A DNA stretch of 54,339 bases, filler included, from Bipalium vagum (lineage: Eukaryota): assembly GCA_037834085.1 (NCBI GenBank). It is 3 parts of 3 records of this genome, joined end to end, with 100 filler letters (N's around TTAATTAATTAA, not from the genome) between each part and the next. Parts side by side here need not be neighbours in the genome. Positions count along the whole stretch, not along the records: positions 34,157 to 54,339 come from JBBMKC010258438.1; 2 more parts are not named here. One strand, given 5' to 3'. Both the position numbers and the translations under genes were made by a program. Position 1 is the first letter of the stretch. Each line of letters opens with the position of its first letter. The notes beneath the pieces are model-generated. The model saw only the letters and a list, made by a program, of their open reading frames with translations, ran no database searches and was not told the DNA's origin. This document shows, one piece after another, positions 50,700 to 54,339 of this stretch.

Positions 50700-52145
50700 T
50701 CACAAAGTGTTACATAAATCCAAAAATCTGCGCGACTTTGAAATACATTTCACAGATTGAAATATCAAGATCTCCTTTTGAAAAACGACAATGATCGTAG
50801 AACAGGGCATAACTTGGAAGGTTTTAATTGCACAATCTCTATAGATTGATGGAAATTTGAGATTTTGAACTAAAATATATTCATTTCTCCTTTTAATCCA
50901 TACAAGCTTATTTCTGTTGGTGTCCAGAAATATAATCTTCTCATCATCCGTCACGAAAATCGTTTTTGGAATAGCGTTCTTAAGTTTCTCCGTATTGATC
51001 AATCTGTATGTTCCAAACTCAATGTCAAGAATGATGATCTTTTTATTGAAAGGACAAGAGATAAACAATTGATTTTGTAGTGAATGAACGGCAACATATT
51101 CCGGCTGGTTATCATTAAATTCGGCAACTTCGGAAGATTGTGACATTTTGTTATCGTAGACAAGAAGTTTTCGATAATGGGGCATACATAAATAGAGATT
51201 TCCCCCTTTACAATCCATGTCAAACCCCAACATAACAGGAGCGCTGCACGAGTCTGGCCAGGGATAAAATTGAGACTGGTGCAGTATCTCTCCTTTTAAA
51301 TTGCATTGCAAGAAGACTGAGCTGGATTTTCCATCTTTTTCAAAGCTTCCAGATAGAATCATATTTCCTTGAAAAAATCGTATATATTCCGGTCTTATCA
51401 GACTTCCTTCAATAAAAATATGAAATGTTTGCAAGTGAGATTCGGAAAAAATAACCATTTCACTATTATTAGTATTTACCAAGGCAAATTGATTTGGGTT
51501 TTTCGGATTTCCGGAAATAAAAGTGTCGAATAAAGAAAAATTAAAAGGAATATTTTCTATTTCATACTGATATAAATACTTATAACATCTCTGTACTGTG
51601 CCTTTCTTTATCACTTTGTAATGGGAATGTTTCAGCATGGTTTCGCGCATCATGTCAATATCCATCATATCATAGATGGAGCTACAGGCACTGCCAATGT
51701 TAAGGTCGCCATCACTTTTCCTTAAAACTGATTTCGAACAATCTGACGAATTTTCAAAACAGTCTTCATTTTCGTCAGGAATGCTGAATATTACTTGATT
51801 AAGCTCGGCGCTATCAGTAGCACCCAATTTTGTATAGGTCTCAGAAGAAGGATCAGACCCAGTCATGTTTACATGAAGTTTATGCTTCATCAGAACGTCA
51901 ATCACCTGTTTTTCTGTCAATGCCGACTGTAATTGATCGATATCGGTGATTTTTTCTTCGGCTCTGCAAATCGGACAAATGAATGCCGCACAATTTCTGG
52001 AATATTCCTTCAGACATTTGTAACAGAAACAATGCTGACATGAAAACTTTCTTGGGTCTTCCATTATTCCTAAATGTATTGAGCAAGTAACAATGTCTTC
52101 CCAGTCACGGGAGTATTCATTGTATGATTCCGATTTTCTCGTCAT
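50700..52145 (-). CDS. RING-HC plus C-terminal beta-propeller protein (TRIM-NHL-like), 481 aa
   Basis: N-terminal CSIH..EDPRKFSCQHCFCYKCL..FICPICR; C-terminal blade-like repeats (GFDMDCKGGNLYLC, PEYVAVHS..QLFISC, PKTIFVTDDEKIIFLD). CDS uninterrupted; probable 5'UTR intron 52164-52291. Confidence 0.85.
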   Translation of the reverse strand: MTRKSESYNEYSRDWEDIVTCSIHLGIMEDPRKFSCQHCFCYKCLKEYSRNCAAFICPICRAEEKITDIDQLQSALTEKQVIDVLMKHKLHVNMTGSDPSSETYTKLGATDSAELNQVIFSIPDENEDCFENSSDCSKSVLRKSDGDLNIGSACSSIYDMMDIDMMRETMLKHSHYKVIKKGTVQRCYKYLYQYEIENIPFNFSLFDTFISGNPKNPNQFALVNTNNSEMVIFSESHLQTFHIFIEGSLIRPEYIRFFQGNMILSGSFEKDGKSSSVFLQCNLKGEILHQSQFYPWPDSCSAPVMLGFDMDCKGGNLYLCMPHYRKLLVYDNKMSQSSEVAEFNDNQPEYVAVHSLQNQLFISCPFNKKIIILDIEFGTYRLINTEKLKNAIPKTIFVTDDEKIIFLDTNRNKLVWIKRRNEYILVQNLKFPSIYRDCAIKTFQVMPCSTIIVVFQKEILIFQSVKCISKSRRFLDLCNTL

Positions 52146-52899
52146 TCTTTGTGATAAACTGACCTTAATTATATAAATGTTAATTGATTGAAATTCAAAA
52201 TTAAAAAATCAATATAAGACGTTATGAATAATTACTATAATAAATCAATTTTATTATCAATAACATTAACTGATGATATAAAAGGTTTTACCTGTGCAAA
52301 TTAACAATTTTCAAAGGTTTTATTTTTGATGAGCTAAGTATAATGATGAGAATATATTTTTTACTCGCTTTACTTGAAGGCTATCTGATAAACATAAGTC
52401 GACTATCCTTAGTTGATATATTGCACTGCTGGTTTTAGGGAAAAACGCGGAAAAGAGGCGTACCTTGGAAGGCGGGTTAAAGGTTTTCAACAAACGCAAT
52501 ATTAGGTTAAGTTATTTCAAATTATCAGTTCAACTGAAGTTGAGAAATATTGTAAAGAGTGACTTAAAAATAAAATAACTGCATTGATATTTAATCTATT
52601 TTATATCTGAGTTATATTTTGAGTTATTTGAATATCTTGGCACCTTTTTATACTATTATTTTTGCATATTTTTACTTGAATTATAAATGTTTCTTAAGTT
52701 AGTAACTACTTAAATATTCTCATTGTTGATACTATAATTAGTAACACTTAGTATAATTAGTAACGATTAATTTTTGTAAGTAGTGCTATTATGTTTTGAA
52801 ATAATTGAATCTAATTTTAGCAACTCACTTTATTATCTTTGTCTAGATTTCTAAAGATGTTTAAATTGACCAGAATTTCTTATTTAAATCTAAGCTTTA

Positions 52900-53760
52900 T
52901 ATTAGGTGACCAATAAAAGTTCCCGACGTTTTCGTTATAGACTTTAAATAGAGTTACGAGCAATAATAAGGTATGAAATTAAACATTGATAAATCTGTTA
53001 GTAAAATCAAATCATCAGAATAAATAGTTTTAAAATATTATATATAAATGATTTTTTCGAATTAAAAGATGTCACAAAAGATTCATAACACAGAAATGAT
53101 ATGCGTTAAAAAATTTTATTTATTGAAAGAGAAAAATGCCAGTCAAATACATGCCGCATATAGGTCTGATACAATATCAGACGGAATGGTGCGAGAGTGG
53201 TTCGCATGATTTCGTTAAGTAAACTTTGAGTTGAAATATAAAATTCATCCTTAAATAATCAAGAAAGTCTGTCACACAAACAATTTTGACATTGCTAAGG
53301 ATCTAGGCACTTGTTAGGAGACTAGAAAAGCTTGGTTACATGAACACTTGATATTTGGATGTCTCATTATTTATCTGTATAGAATTTAGTCAGCAGAAAT
53401 TTTATTGTTGAATCTTTAATGAAAAAACATACAATTAAACCATTTCTTAAAAATATATATTTATCTTGTACCATAAACCAGATTATTGATTTCGGTGGAA
53501 CGGATGTAAATATTAAACATAAATGACAACTATTATTGTTATATGATTACCGATATATTTGATAAATGTAATTATTCTTTCTTATTTATTGTAAAATAAC
53601 AAATCTAGTTTTTATATAGTTTAGAGGTAGTATAAATATAAAGAATACATAATCATAAATACATTAAAAGTGGATTACATATGATGATAATGTGAGAAAA
53701 AGATTGTGGTCCAAAGGATGAAGCTCCACAAATGATTGTAAAGCCAAAATTATCTACAAT
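52900..53760 (+). mobile_element. Degenerate mariner element interrupted by an AT-rich insert
   Basis: TIR-like TATTAGGTGACCAATAAAAGTTC; NASQ, SDTISDGMVREWFA (HTH), WMSHYL, PFLKN, then WITYDDNVRKRLWSK after an insert of about 200 bp. Confidence 0.85.
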
Positions 53761-54172
53761 ATTATTATATAAATATTAAAAAAAATTAATAAAAATAAGA
53801 AAAATATTATAAACCTTGCTAGTGGAAATTAGATTTACTAAATGTATACTTTAATCGACAAAATTGAAACAAAATAATATTATGACAAAAATTAAATCAA
53901 ATTGCCTTAAAAAATATTCGAAAATCAATGAATCAATGGTGAGGAATTTAAAAACTAAAAATGTGACTTAAGAAAAATTAATAAATTCATTAATTAAAGA
54001 ACACGACTTTTTTTTTAAATAGCACTAAAAATCTCGGAAAAATCTTACTAATAAAAATAAAATTTATTTTATTATTATTTATTTATTTATTATTTTAATA
54101 TATCTTTAAAGGTTTATTTTGAAGAAAATTTGTAAATTATAATTATAAAATAAAATTATAATCAAATAATTT

Positions 54173-54339
54173 ATACAGGGTGTGTCAAAAGTCCCTTCCT
54201 ACCCATTTAATTAAAATAGAAGTCAAAACGTAATACATAAATAAAAAATTTTATTAATATTTATACAATATATTTCAATAGAGGCATAATCTTTTGGTTT
54301 ACTTTTTAAAGATTATGTCTTTTAAATGATGGCCGCCAG
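54173..54339 (-). mobile_element. Tc1/mariner (rosa/maT-like) 3' end
   Basis: TIR TACAGGGTGTGTCAAAAGTC; minus strand GGHHLKDIIFKK* terminus. Confidence 0.75.

Overview
AT-rich eukaryotic (invertebrate, plausibly flatworm-like) genomic DNA with short GT-AG introns, (AAT)n microsatellites, many decayed transposons and three assembly gaps, two of which carry an artificial TTAATTAATTAA spacer. Supported genes: part of a giant minus-strand helical rod protein (spectrin-repeat/nesprin-like, about 2,800 aa in 9 exons, running off the window start); two duplicated secreted PAN/Apple-domain genes flanking CWF19L1; TFB1M; a double-RING protein; and a RING plus beta-propeller (TRIM-NHL-like) protein. 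Decayed sequences include a calnexin pseudogene, two paralogous unidentified pseudogenes, Tc1/mariner and Penelope-like fragments, MITEs, a possible solo LTR and a probable Polinton/adintovirus relic. The most unusual signals are: (1) a G-U-rich three-way-junction RNA fold with twin GAGCA loops at 32.94-33.05 kb, whose motifs recur in reversed order just downstream and allow a competing fold; (2) a mosaic of high and low divergence between the PAN paralogs; (3) a degenerate hammerhead ribozyme in an intron; (4) the virus-like relic next to two RING E3 genes with uninterrupted CDSs. All calls are by eye; no searches were run.
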